64,000 nt of DNA from Candidatus Latescibacterota bacterium (lineage in GTDB: Bacteria; Latescibacterota; UBA2968; UBA8231): the NCBI GenBank assembly GCA_965197905.1, contig CBDAOB010000005.1, positions 2,208,001-2,272,000 on the forward strand. The letters run 5' to 3'. The position numbers were made by a program, and so were the translations under genes. Under the pieces are notes generated by a model. It did no database searches. It was not told the origin of the DNA and saw only the letters and a program-made list of their open reading frames with translations. Below, piece after piece: positions 20,839 through 29,906 of this stretch (position 1 is the stretch's first letter; each line of letters starts with the position of its first letter).

Positions 20839-21837
20839 ATGTCCAAGAACTACGATGTGTACGGTGTGGGACATGCGCTGGTCGACGTCCAATACTCCGT
20901 CCCGATCCAGTTCCTGCAGTCGACCGGAATTGAAAAAGGAGTAATGACCTTGGTGGACGATCAGCGGCAGGAAGAGCTGACTGCCGCCCTTTACCAGGAT
21001 GCAATCGCTTCGGCCTCCGGGGGCTCGGCCGCAAACACGATGATCGGGGTTGCTCGTTTTGGGGGCAGAGCGTATTACGCCTGTGAAATCGGGGACGACT
21101 CGTGGGGCGATTTCTATTCGGAGGATCTTCGCAGGGCAGGCGTGGAAAGTAACCCCGCCAATCGCCGCAAAGGCAGAACCGGCAGATGTATGGTGTTTGT
21201 GACCCCCGACGCGGATCGCACCTTGAACACCTATCTCGGCGTGAGTAGCCAGATCGGGCCGGCACAGCTGGAAGAGGAGAAGATTGCCGAGAGCTCCTAC
21301 ATCTACCTGGAAGGGTATCTGCTGAGTTCCGACGGCGGCTTCGACGCCTGCTGCACTGCGCAGCAGCTGGCGCGGAAGCATGACACAAAGGTGTCTCTAA
21401 CTTTGAGCGATCCATTCATGGTGGAGAGTTTCAAGGAGCGCTTCTCCGGGCTGCTGCGGGAAGGCGTTGATCTCCTCTTCTGCAACGAGTCGGAGGCGAT
21501 GGCATATTGTGCGAACGCGGATAGGGACGAGGCGTGCGCCACCCTCACGGCCGCGGTTGGTAACGTCTGTATCACCTGCGGCTCGGACGGTGCGGTGCTC
21601 GCCAATGGCGTTTCTACCTGTCGGGTTCCAGGGATCGAGATAGACGCGCTAGATACCACTGGAGCCGGCGACATGTTCGCCGCAGGCGTGCTCTTCGGTA
21701 TCACTCATGGCTTCTCGCTGGAAGACGCCGGCAAACTGGGATCGTATTCCGCCGGGCTTGTGGTCTCGCGTTATGGTCCCCGTCTGGTCGAAAATATAGA
21801 GAACAAGATCGATGACATTCTAGCGCATTTCGGCTAG
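20839..21837 (+). CDS. PfkB-family carbohydrate kinase (adenosine kinase-like)
   Basis: GHALVDV, SGGSAANT, DADRTLNTYLG, LLFCNESE, DTTGAGDMFAAG. Confidence 0.88.
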   Translation: MSKNYDVYGVGHALVDVQYSVPIQFLQSTGIEKGVMTLVDDQRQEELTAALYQDAIASASGGSAANTMIGVARFGGRAYYACEIGDDSWGDFYSEDLRRAGVESNPANRRKGRTGRCMVFVTPDADRTLNTYLGVSSQIGPAQLEEEKIAESSYIYLEGYLLSSDGGFDACCTAQQLARKHDTKVSLTLSDPFMVESFKERFSGLLREGVDLLFCNESEAMAYCANADRDEACATLTAAVGNVCITCGSDGAVLANGVSTCRVPGIEIDALDTTGAGDMFAAGVLFGITHGFSLEDAGKLGSYSAGLVVSRYGPRLVENIENKIDDILAHFG

Positions 21838-21938
21838 CACGTGTCGCCGAGCCGTGACCCGTTGCGATTGTTGTCACCCCCCTGTTTGTTCCCCTTTGAT
21901 GTTCCTTTTTCCCTCTTCGTTGGACGGATAGTCCCTCA

Positions 21939-24089
21939 ATGAATTCTGGCAGAATGCTCGGGCGCGGTCAGGCGACTCGGGGTATGCGATCGTTTATCGC
22001 CGCAGGTGGCATCTGGGGAGCGTGGCACCAGTTCGTTGGGATTGGATCCACAGTTTTTACCGGCTACGCGCTCTTTCTCGGTGCGGATGAATCGTTCATC
22101 GCGATAATGGTCGCCCTGACCTATCTGCTCGCTCCCGTGCAGCTTGCCTCGTCGCTCGTCGGCGCGCGGATCTCCAAGAAAAAACATTTCGTGATCGGAG
22201 CAGGGGTATGCGAGATGTTGTTTCGCGGCTCCCTGATTCTCATTCCGTTCATAATTGCACCCAAATCTTATTTGGGGGCGATGATAGGTTTGGTGGCCGC
22301 TAGTCTCGTCTTCGCGTATCTGTTGTCGCCGATCTACAACACTTGGATGGTAAATACCATTCCGGAGGATTACCGCGCCCGGTTCACCAGTCAGCAAACG
22401 ATCGTGAGGACTCTCGCGGCCACGATTTTCGGTTTTGCTGTCGGTCAGTTCGTCGACTACTTCCCTGAAGCTAGCCGCCAGGATGCTTTTGTCTACGTCT
22501 TCGCTATCGGCACGGTGATCGGTCTCTGCGGCTTTCTTCCCATCAGCCGGGCCCCATTTCCAAAGGAGACTCAGGACGGCGAAACGAGGGCGAATCTGCG
22601 GTCTCTGGTTGAGCCCCTCAAAGACAGGAACTTCAGGTGGGCAACCCTCTTTTTTGGCAGCTGGACCTTGGCGCTGGGCATCTCCGGTCCGCTTTACAGC
22701 GTGTTCATGCTGGAGCACCTGAAGATATCCTACACCGAGATTTCGATTTACAACGCAGTGTTCATGGTGACCAGTATCGCCGGCTACCGCGGCTGGGCTG
22801 TTCTGGTGGACCGCTTCGGTAGCAAGCCGGTCCTCCAGATGTTGATGATGCCTGCAGCTTTGCTTCCACTGATCTGGATCTTCAACGACAAAGATTCGCA
22901 TTACCTAGTCCCGGTCGCTCTTTTCCTGGGCGGCGCACTGTTTTCAGGCATCGAGGTCAGCATCGACCCGCTGCGATACGGCTTGTTGCCCAAGGGCGAG
23001 AAACGCACCATCTATCTCGCCTCCTGGTCGACGTTGGTGAGTCTGCTCGGGGCGCTTGGACCCTTGACCGGCGGAGTGCTGTCCCGATATCTCCGCGATG
23101 TGCAGGTGGACGTCGGCGGAATTAGCTTCGCTCATCTGCAAATCGTATTCGCATTGAGCGTCTGCGCGCGTTTGCTGCCTTTGCTCCTGCTGCGCTTCGT
23201 CAAGGACACAAAGGGGGTTACGACGAGGCACGTATTGTCTCAGATGTTTCAGGGGAATCTCCTGAGCTATGCCTACAACGCCACCATCTTCAACCTGGCC
23301 ACTGCCGAGGAAAGGCGCGCGAGGGCGGCATACGCCCTGGGACGCTCGGGCAACCCCCTGGCCATCGATCAGCTGATACAGGCGGTTGTCCCAGATGCCA
23401 GCCCGAGGGTGCGCCAGAGTGCCGCTAGGGCCCTCGGAGAAACGGGGTCGAGCTTGGCTACGCGACATCTTATTAGGGAACTGACGGACGGCGACTCAGA
23501 TATCCGCAGCGAGGCCGCCGAAGCGCTGGGACGACTCGGTCATTCTGAAGGCATAGACCCATTGATCGACGCTCTGGAGGATGAAGATCCCAGGGTGCGC
23601 ATCAGCGCCATTCGGGGTTTGGCCGGCATAAAGGGTGAAGAGGTTCGGGAGTTGCTATTCTGGCATTTGAGCGAGCGTTTCGATCCCCGTACCTTTCCCA
23701 CGCTGATCGATGTTCTCAGCTCCCTGGGAGATAGCCGCATCATAAAGCCGGCCCTCGGTCGCCTCCTAGAGTTCCGCTCGCCTGCCATACGGCTACAACT
23801 TTTGAATAGCGTTTGCAGAACGTTGGGAGCCCGCGAAAGCTTCTATCGTCTGCTCTCCCATGATGAAGTCCGACGCAATGAGAAACTCAGCCGGTTGCTG
23901 CGAAGAGCATCGACCTTTCTTGCCCGAAGCGCCCTGCTCGGTCCCGCCACGAGGGACAAATTGCGCCAGCTTGTCACCGGGGTTGTGCAAGGATTCGAAA
24001 GCGGCGCCAGCGAAGAGATGGTAGATGCAGCTTTGCAGATCTCCAGCCTGGTGAGAGATGGACTTTCCACGTCCGGTCTGCCCCCGTGA
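21939..24089 (+). CDS. MFS transporter fused to C-terminal HEAT repeats (C-terminus probably cut by a frameshift)
   Basis: About 12 hydrophobic segments with LVDRFGSKP, followed by repeats RARAAYALG, VRQSAARALG, IRSEAAEALG, VRISAIRGLA. Confidence 0.85.
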   Translation: MNSGRMLGRGQATRGMRSFIAAGGIWGAWHQFVGIGSTVFTGYALFLGADESFIAIMVALTYLLAPVQLASSLVGARISKKKHFVIGAGVCEMLFRGSLILIPFIIAPKSYLGAMIGLVAASLVFAYLLSPIYNTWMVNTIPEDYRARFTSQQTIVRTLAATIFGFAVGQFVDYFPEASRQDAFVYVFAIGTVIGLCGFLPISRAPFPKETQDGETRANLRSLVEPLKDRNFRWATLFFGSWTLALGISGPLYSVFMLEHLKISYTEISIYNAVFMVTSIAGYRGWAVLVDRFGSKPVLQMLMMPAALLPLIWIFNDKDSHYLVPVALFLGGALFSGIEVSIDPLRYGLLPKGEKRTIYLASWSTLVSLLGALGPLTGGVLSRYLRDVQVDVGGISFAHLQIVFALSVCARLLPLLLLRFVKDTKGVTTRHVLSQMFQGNLLSYAYNATIFNLATAEERRARAAYALGRSGNPLAIDQLIQAVVPDASPRVRQSAARALGETGSSLATRHLIRELTDGDSDIRSEAAEALGRLGHSEGIDPLIDALEDEDPRVRISAIRGLAGIKGEEVRELLFWHLSERFDPRTFPTLIDVLSSLGDSRIIKPALGRLLEFRSPAIRLQLLNSVCRTLGARESFYRLLSHDEVRRNEKLSRLLRRASTFLARSALLGPATRDKLRQLVTGVVQGFESGASEEMVDAALQISSLVRDGLSTSGLPP

Positions 24090-24278
24090 AGGTTCTGTCG
24101 GTATATCTGGTCATCTTGGCCATTGGGGATTTCGTGCCGAGTACCAAACGCGATGACCTGGGCATCGCTCAAGACATCTTTACGACGGTCTGCTTGCACA
24201 GATTGGCAGGTCTGGTAAGGGAATTGGGCGAGAGCTGAGCGGTCCTGCAATCGGGGCCCTGCGCGCCGCAATCTAGAA

Positions 24279-25049
24279 TCACATGCGGTAGATCTTCACC
24301 AAGTCCCGGAGGGCCACCACAAAATCCCACAACCGAATATTGGAACCGCCAACGTCACGCCACTCCATCAGCGGGAATTCGAACACCGTGCGACCGAATT
24401 CCTCATGTCCGCGTTCTTTCTGAATCCTCATGAGACGCACGAGAAGCTCGACGTCGAAGATCCATCTGCTCTGGAACGGTTCGCCAAAGATTGCGCGCGT
24501 CGTTTCATTGACCCGAAACAGCTTTGCCCCGCATTGGGTATCGTAGACCTGCAGATCTAGAAGGGCCGATGCCACGGTCGCGAATATTCTGCCAGCATAA
24601 TGCCGCAGGGCCCGACGTTCGATCGTCCGGCCAAGCAACTGGACGCGTGCACCGAATACCGCCTGCAATTCGGCCTTCTCGATCAACACCGTTCGCAGCG
24701 AATGGATAGCTTTCAGAGGCGTCGCAAGATCGGCGTCCCAGAACCCCGCAAACTCGGCGGCTTCGTCAAACAGATCGATGAATCCCCGCCTGACTGCTTC
24801 CCCTTTTCCGACATTGCGCGGCAATTCCAAGAAGCTGGCCCTGCCCGGGTGCGCTTCGGCGAACTTGCGCAGCATCTTCCCCGTCCCGTCAGTGCTACCA
24901 TCGTCTACGAAATGAAATCGAATGTCTTCGGTTGACTCAATAAAAGAGGAGAACTGGGGGGCGTCGAACCGCGCTTCCTCGTTGAAACAAGGGACGACGA
25001 TAGCAGTGGATATTGAGGTCATAACCTCGAGGTCAATGGTTTCACCCAA
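24279..25049 (-). CDS. GT2 glycosyltransferase (polyprenyl-phosphate glycosyltransferase-like)
   Basis: VVPCFNEE, VDDGSTDGT, NVGKGEAVR, WDADLATP, DTQCGAKLF, WIFDVEL. Confidence 0.9.
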   Translation of the reverse strand: MGETIDLEVMTSISTAIVVPCFNEEARFDAPQFSSFIESTEDIRFHFVDDGSTDGTGKMLRKFAEAHPGRASFLELPRNVGKGEAVRRGFIDLFDEAAEFAGFWDADLATPLKAIHSLRTVLIEKAELQAVFGARVQLLGRTIERRALRHYAGRIFATVASALLDLQVYDTQCGAKLFRVNETTRAIFGEPFQSRWIFDVELLVRLMRIQKERGHEEFGRTVFEFPLMEWRDVGGSNIRLWDFVVALRDLVKIYRM

Positions 25050-25806
25050 CGGCTCTCAGCACGGCAAGCAGACTGACACCGAAGCGGTAACCGCGCCGAC
25101 GACGCCCGTCCAACAGCCCGAGAAGGGTGCGGACTTCGCCGGCAAAGGTTCTCTCCAGGAGGCGGTTTATGGGAGGAGCAGGCAGGGTCAGGTCGGTGCC
25201 GGCCTCACCCCACGGTTTGCTGCGCAGACGGGTCAACAGCCGTATCGACTTCACGATCGGGAAGATCCTCGAGTTAAAATAGGAGAGCATCTCCGCTTTC
25301 ACCGGCAGATGGGACCAGATCGCGGGTAGACTGTGTAGATCGTAGCGACGATAGTGACCGAAGCTGACGTCGTGCTGGCTCCACAGGGACATGTTGGCAG
25401 GCACCGTCAACAGCACTGCATCTCCCGGCACTAACATGCTTATGACATCGTGAAGGAATTCTGCATCGTTCGGAACATGCTCGAGAACGTCCATCAATAA
25501 AAAGAGCCGTGGGTGCGCGTACTCTGCACCCAGTTCCACAGGGATCTCGTCGCACAAAAAATCGACCCTCGGGAATCGCTGACGAGCGAAATCAATGGCG
25601 TCCGAAGAAGCGTCGATTCCCAACACACTGTAGTCCTCCGCTAACGCCGCTAGATTGGCTCCCGTGCCGCACCCAACATCGATGACCGTTCCGTTCCCCG
25701 GAGTCAGGATGCGCAACGCCAACGCCCGCATTATTTGGCGCCGGGCGCGAAACCACCAGTGGTGATCTTCGATGTCCGCGTGCAGTCTGAATTGCGCTAG
25801 CTGCAT
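25042..25806 (-). CDS. Class I SAM-dependent methyltransferase
   Basis: HWWFRARR, IDVGCGTG, DVLEH, TVPA...WSQHDVSFGHYRRY. Confidence 0.88.
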   Translation of the reverse strand: MQLAQFRLHADIEDHHWWFRARRQIMRALALRILTPGNGTVIDVGCGTGANLAALAEDYSVLGIDASSDAIDFARQRFPRVDFLCDEIPVELGAEYAHPRLFLLMDVLEHVPNDAEFLHDVISMLVPGDAVLLTVPANMSLWSQHDVSFGHYRRYDLHSLPAIWSHLPVKAEMLSYFNSRIFPIVKSIRLLTRLRSKPWGEAGTDLTLPAPPINRLLERTFAGEVRTLLGLLDGRRRRGYRFGVSLLAVLRAVG

Positions 25807-25878
25807 CCCTTACACCGGCCTCGGCGGGCACCGACGAGGCGGAACCGGAGCGTATCCAGCGCCCGATAAACCATATAG

Positions 25879-26616
25879 CTACGCCGCCCCGCTCACGTTC
25901 GACCCGTCCCTTCTATGCCCCCAATAGATTCGCAACAGCTCGCCAACATTGCGAACCATGCCCCAAACCGGATTAAAGCGGCTGTCGGGATCATCCCGCC
26001 ACATGACGGGGATAGCTTTGATCGAAAACCCGAATCTTCCGGCAAGCAGCAATATCTCCACGTCGAACATGTACCCGTCCACACGCTGCCGGGAAAACAG
26101 CGCCTCGACAATCTCGCGCTTGAAGAATTTGAAACCGCATTGGGTGTCGTCTAGATGATTGAGCCCGATCAGACGGTGCAGCAAAATGCGGAAAAGACGG
26201 GACCCGATCTGGCGATACCCGCGTCTCCCCACGGCGATGGTGGACGCCTCTGCGCTGCGATCTCCGATCACGCCATCACATCCGGCGTCCAGAAGCTCCA
26301 CAACCTTGTCGAGACATGAGATCTCCGTCTTGTAGTCCGCATCCATGTATCCAACGATGCCTCCCCGAGCCTCGCGCACCCCGTGGCGCACCGAGTATCC
26401 TTTGCCCCGGTTTTGCGGGTTCTTTATACAACGGACCGAGGCGCTGTTCGGGTACGCATGCTGAACCATTTCCGCAGTGTGGTCCGAACTCCCGTCATCC
26501 ACGACGATAAGCTCGTAACTCCAGGGACGTTGCTGGAGAAACTGCACCGTTTTTCCCACCGTAATCAATATCCTATTTTCTTCATTGAATGCTGGAATTA
26601 TTATACTTAGGTCCAT
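25879..26616 (-). CDS. GT2 dolichyl-phosphate beta-glucosyltransferase-like protein
   Basis: IIPAFNEE, VDDGSSD, NRGKGYSVRHG, MDAD, DTQCGFKFF, FDVEIL. Confidence 0.9.
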   Translation of the reverse strand: MDLSIIIPAFNEENRILITVGKTVQFLQQRPWSYELIVVDDGSSDHTAEMVQHAYPNSASVRCIKNPQNRGKGYSVRHGVREARGGIVGYMDADYKTEISCLDKVVELLDAGCDGVIGDRSAEASTIAVGRRGYRQIGSRLFRILLHRLIGLNHLDDTQCGFKFFKREIVEALFSRQRVDGYMFDVEILLLAGRFGFSIKAIPVMWRDDPDSRFNPVWGMVRNVGELLRIYWGHRRDGSNVSGAA

Positions 26617-26639
26617 TGGCAGGAGGAATATATTATTAA

Positions 26640-26987
26640 ATGGCGGAAGATACTATTTTCGGAAAGATCATTCGTGGCGAGATCAAAGCGGACATTATCT
26701 ACGATGATGAACTCTGTCTCGCTTTCAGGGATATCAGCCCCCAAGCACCACACCACATTCTGGTGATACCGAAGGAAGCGATCTCGGGAGTGCAGGTCGC
26801 GGAAGCGAAACACAAAGCTCTATTGGGTCACCTCTTGATTTGTGCGGCAGACATCGCCCGGAGCCAGGCGATCGACGAATCCGGTTATCGGTTGGTGATC
26901 AATGCGGGGAACGACGGGGGGCAGACAGTCCCACATCTCCACATTCACATCCTCGGAGGGCGCCAGATGAAATGGCCTCCTGGATAA
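26640..26987 (+). CDS. hinT: Histidine triad nucleotide-binding protein
   Basis: [11 protein letters not shown]...[17 protein letters not shown]...[22 protein letters not shown]. Confidence 0.95.
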   Translation: MAEDTIFGKIIRGEIKADIIYDDELCLAFRDISPQAPHHILVIPKEAISGVQVAEAKHKALLGHLLICAADIARSQAIDESGYRLVINAGNDGGQTVPHLHIHILGGRQMKWPPG

Positions 26988-26988
26988 C

Positions 26989-27022
26989 AAAAAAAGGGCC
27001 GCCACTAAGGCGGCCCTCCTTT
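26989..27022. terminator. Intrinsic terminator between convergent HIT and rplC (U-tract on the minus strand)
   Basis: AAAAAAAGGGCCGCC-ACTAA-GGCGGCCCTCCTTT. Confidence 0.8.
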
Positions 27023-27038
27023 GCCATCGCGCGTCTCG

Positions 27039-27662
27039 TTATCGGGATTTTTGAATTGTTATGTAGCCGTTTGCACCACCTGGAACCGCACCCTTGAGGA
27101 ACAGGAGGTTGCGCTCAGCATCGACGCGAACCACCGCGAGATTCTTTACCGCCACCATCGCATTGCCCATTTGTCCGGGCATCTTCTTGCCCTTCCACAC
27201 CTTTCCAGGGGTTGTGCCCTGTCCGATGGCACCGGGATGGCGCACGCGATCGGGCGTCCCGTGGGTTGTATTCTTGCCGTGGAAGTGGTATCGCTTGACC
27301 ACACCAGCGAAACCCTTCCCCTTCGACTTGCCACGGACCTGCACCTTGTCCCCCACTTCGAACAGCCCCACGTCAAGCACCTGCCCCACCTCAAAATCAC
27401 CGTCGGTCTCCAGACGAAATTCCCGCAGCAGACGATGCGGCTCGATGCCGATTTTCTGGTAGAAACCAGCTTGAGGTTTCGTCACCTTGCGCGGCGGTAT
27501 CTGATCGAACGCGAGCTGCAAGGCGGAATATCCATTCTGTTCCGCAGTCCGTACCTCGGCCACCGGACACGGTCCGGCTTCGACGACCGTAACTGGAATC
27601 AGTTCCTGTTTCTCGTCGTATACTTGGGTCATTCCGAGCTTTTTGCCAATCAAACCAACCAT
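27039..27662 (-). CDS. rplC: 50S ribosomal protein L3
   Basis: GLIGKKLGMTQ...PVTVVEAGPC...GYSALQL...SKGKGFAGVVKRY...GKKMPGQMG...KGAVPG. Confidence 0.97.
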   Translation of the reverse strand: MVGLIGKKLGMTQVYDEKQELIPVTVVEAGPCPVAEVRTAEQNGYSALQLAFDQIPPRKVTKPQAGFYQKIGIEPHRLLREFRLETDGDFEVGQVLDVGLFEVGDKVQVRGKSKGKGFAGVVKRYHFHGKNTTHGTPDRVRHPGAIGQGTTPGKVWKGKKMPGQMGNAMVAVKNLAVVRVDAERNLLFLKGAVPGGANGYITIQKSR

Positions 27663-27707
27663 ACCGCAACTCCTGTATCCGTCTTATCCCGAGTGAATAA
27701 ACATCGT

Positions 27708-27736
27708 AAATTACCGTTTCGTCGCCGATTCGGCAA
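27708..27736 (-). promoter_or_regulatory. Putative dedicated rplC promoter
   Basis: TTGCCG-17 nt-TAATTT, 45 nt upstream of the ATG; AGGAG RBS. Confidence 0.5.
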
Positions 27737-27749
27737 GAGGATGTGAGGG

Positions 27750-28706
27750 ATGTCCGCGCGCAGAACCGTTACCGTCGTCAGAGGGGGAGCGATCGGAGAC
27801 TTCGTCTTGACACTTCCCGCGATTCAATCGCTGTGGTCGCACTATCCCCACCATACGCTACAGATCGTCGGCAATCCTGGTATTGTTCGACTCGCCCGCC
27901 CGGGCAAAATCGTCGATATCCACTCGGCATCCCTCATCGGGCTCTACAACGATTCCGCTCGACTCGATCCGGAGCTGAATTCGGTATTTGGCGATTCGGC
28001 GGTGGTTCTGGCTTATACGACACAGAATGCTGCGGAATTCGCCCATCGATTGGGCGAATCTACCTCGGCTCGGATACTGGTCCACGATCCCCGACCCGAT
28101 GGGAGTTCGAGACACGTCGCCGAGCAGCTGTTCGCACCGGTCCATGCAGCGGGTCTTGCGGACTCGTTCGATCTTTCACGTATCGACCTGACCCAGAACG
28201 ACCTCGAGCGTTGCCGAAGGTTGTTAGGGGGAGCGACCGGGTCGCGTAGGATCGTTGTCAGTCCGGGAAGCGGAGGTAGACACAAGTGCTGGCCGATCGA
28301 GCGCTATGCCGATATCGTCGAGGAGGTCGTCGCGCTGGGTTTACAGGCAGTGGTAGCTCTAGGGCCGGCGGAGCAACATCTCGCTGACCATAGTTTGCTT
28401 CGAGCCTCCAACGATGTGCGGATTGTTCAACCGCCGGACCTGGTCCAACTGGCCGGATTGCTGCAATCCGCCGACCTGTACCTCGGCAACGACTCCGGCC
28501 CCAGTCATATCGCAGCCGCCGTCGGAGTTCCGTCTGTCGTGCTGTTCGGCCCCACCGACCCCGATCTCTGGGCACCCCGCGGCCGCTCCGTTGAGGTGAT
28601 CAGGTCCCCCGATGGAGATATGGATTCGCTCAACCTAGATTCAGTGTTGGAAGGTCTGATGAAAACGCTACGCGGCTTGCCGGGAAAACCGCACACAGAG
28701 GTCTGA
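27750..28706 (+). CDS. Glycosyltransferase family 9 (heptosyltransferase-like)
   Basis: GAIGDFVLTLP, PGSGGRHKCWP, GNDSGPSHIAAAVG, LFGPTDP. Confidence 0.9.
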   Translation: MSARRTVTVVRGGAIGDFVLTLPAIQSLWSHYPHHTLQIVGNPGIVRLARPGKIVDIHSASLIGLYNDSARLDPELNSVFGDSAVVLAYTTQNAAEFAHRLGESTSARILVHDPRPDGSSRHVAEQLFAPVHAAGLADSFDLSRIDLTQNDLERCRRLLGGATGSRRIVVSPGSGGRHKCWPIERYADIVEEVVALGLQAVVALGPAEQHLADHSLLRASNDVRIVQPPDLVQLAGLLQSADLYLGNDSGPSHIAAAVGVPSVVLFGPTDPDLWAPRGRSVEVIRSPDGDMDSLNLDSVLEGLMKTLRGLPGKPHTEV

Positions 28707-28707
28707 T

Positions 28708-29361
28708 ATGCAAAAAAAATCGGCGGCGGAAGACGATCAGTACGAGGTGGAGAGACTCGACATGGTCCAGCGGCAGCTGGCCAGTCGGGGCATCAATGAC
28801 CGTGCCGTTCTGCAGGCCTTCAAACGAGTACCGCGCCATCTCTTCATTCCCGAGAATGAGCGGCACCAGGCGTATGAAGACCATCCCCTTCCGATCGGTC
28901 GTGGTCAAACCATTTCACAACCTTACGTCGTAGCCTACATGTTGCAAAAGTTGGCTCCGCGACCAGACAACCGAGTGCTGGAAATTGGCACCGGTTCGGG
29001 ATACCAGACGGCGCTCCTGGCCGAGTTGGCATGCCACGTCTACACGGTCGAGGTCATCCCCGAACTCGCAGAGGGTGCCCGTCAGACCCTCAATCAGTTG
29101 GGATACCAGAATATCGAATATAGCATTGGGGACGGCTCGCAGGGGTGGGCTGACGCTGCCCCATTCGACGGGATCGTGGCGTCGGCGTCTGCCAGCTGCG
29201 TGCATCAGCAGCTCACTGACCAGTTGGCGCCGGGATCCCGCTTGATTCTGCCTGTGGGCTCTGCCCGTCAGCACCTGATCATGGTTTATCGAGGTATCGA
29301 GCGATCCGAACGGACAACGCTGCTCCCGGTCCGCTTCGTACAGATGAAGGAAGAGTGTTGA
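28708..29361 (+). CDS. pcm: Protein-L-isoaspartate O-methyltransferase
   Basis: VPRHLF...AYEDHPLPIGRGQTISQPY...VLEIGTGSGYQ...APFDGI. Confidence 0.95.
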   Translation: MQKKSAAEDDQYEVERLDMVQRQLASRGINDRAVLQAFKRVPRHLFIPENERHQAYEDHPLPIGRGQTISQPYVVAYMLQKLAPRPDNRVLEIGTGSGYQTALLAELACHVYTVEVIPELAEGARQTLNQLGYQNIEYSIGDGSQGWADAAPFDGIVASASASCVHQQLTDQLAPGSRLILPVGSARQHLIMVYRGIERSERTTLLPVRFVQMKEEC

Positions 29362-29374
29362 TCGCCCCGGCTTA

Positions 29375-29869
29375 TCAGTCTTTCACCAGCTCGATCATGA
29401 CCTTTGCTGTTCCGGCCTTAACCATCTCCAGCTCGAGCGCAGCCGCGAAAGAGAGATCCAGGATCCGCCCCTCTACGAATGGTCCACGATCATTGATTTT
29501 CACTTCGACCCAGCGACCGTTCGTCAGGTTGGTCACCTTTGCCATGGTCCCCAACGGCAAAACGCGGTGCGCGGCCGTCAGTTTGTACATGTTGAAGATA
29601 TCGCCGTTGGCTGTTTTGCGACCGTGAAACGCCTTGCCGTAATAGGATGCGACCCCTAACTGGTAAGCCCCGGCTGTTGATATGGAACCCACATCAACGG
29701 GGTGGGCGTTGTGGCTTGTTGGCGCGACTGGTGTGCTTGCTTGGGACCGCGACGGGCGGGCAGCCTTTGGGGCTCGAGTGACGCTGCCCGAGTGATAGAC
29801 CGGGCTGGGCGAACATCCCGCCAACGCGACAACTGATGCTCCGAGGAGCAGCTTTCGGATCGTGGACAT
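29375..29869 (-). CDS. rlpA: RlpA-family septal lytic transglycosylase lipoprotein
   Basis: Lipobox LAGC; ASYYG...TANG...TAAHRVLPLGT...INDRGPF...LDLS. Confidence 0.92.
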   Translation of the reverse strand: MSTIRKLLLGASVVALAGCSPSPVYHSGSVTRAPKAARPSRSQASTPVAPTSHNAHPVDVGSISTAGAYQLGVASYYGKAFHGRKTANGDIFNMYKLTAAHRVLPLGTMAKVTNLTNGRWVEVKINDRGPFVEGRILDLSFAAALELEMVKAGTAKVMIELVKD

Positions 29870-29906
29870 CGCGCTCCGGACTCGAGGAAAGTCCGGCATA
29901 GAGGGG

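Noticed and set aside
21860..21925. C/T-rich low-complexity tract before the MFS gene
   Set aside because: No stem or recognisable motif; it could be a Rho site but this is unsupported.
24087..24089. TGA as selenocysteine or read-through in the MFS-HEAT gene
   Set aside because: No redox-motif context or evident SECIS; the alternative frame gives the more protein-like continuation.
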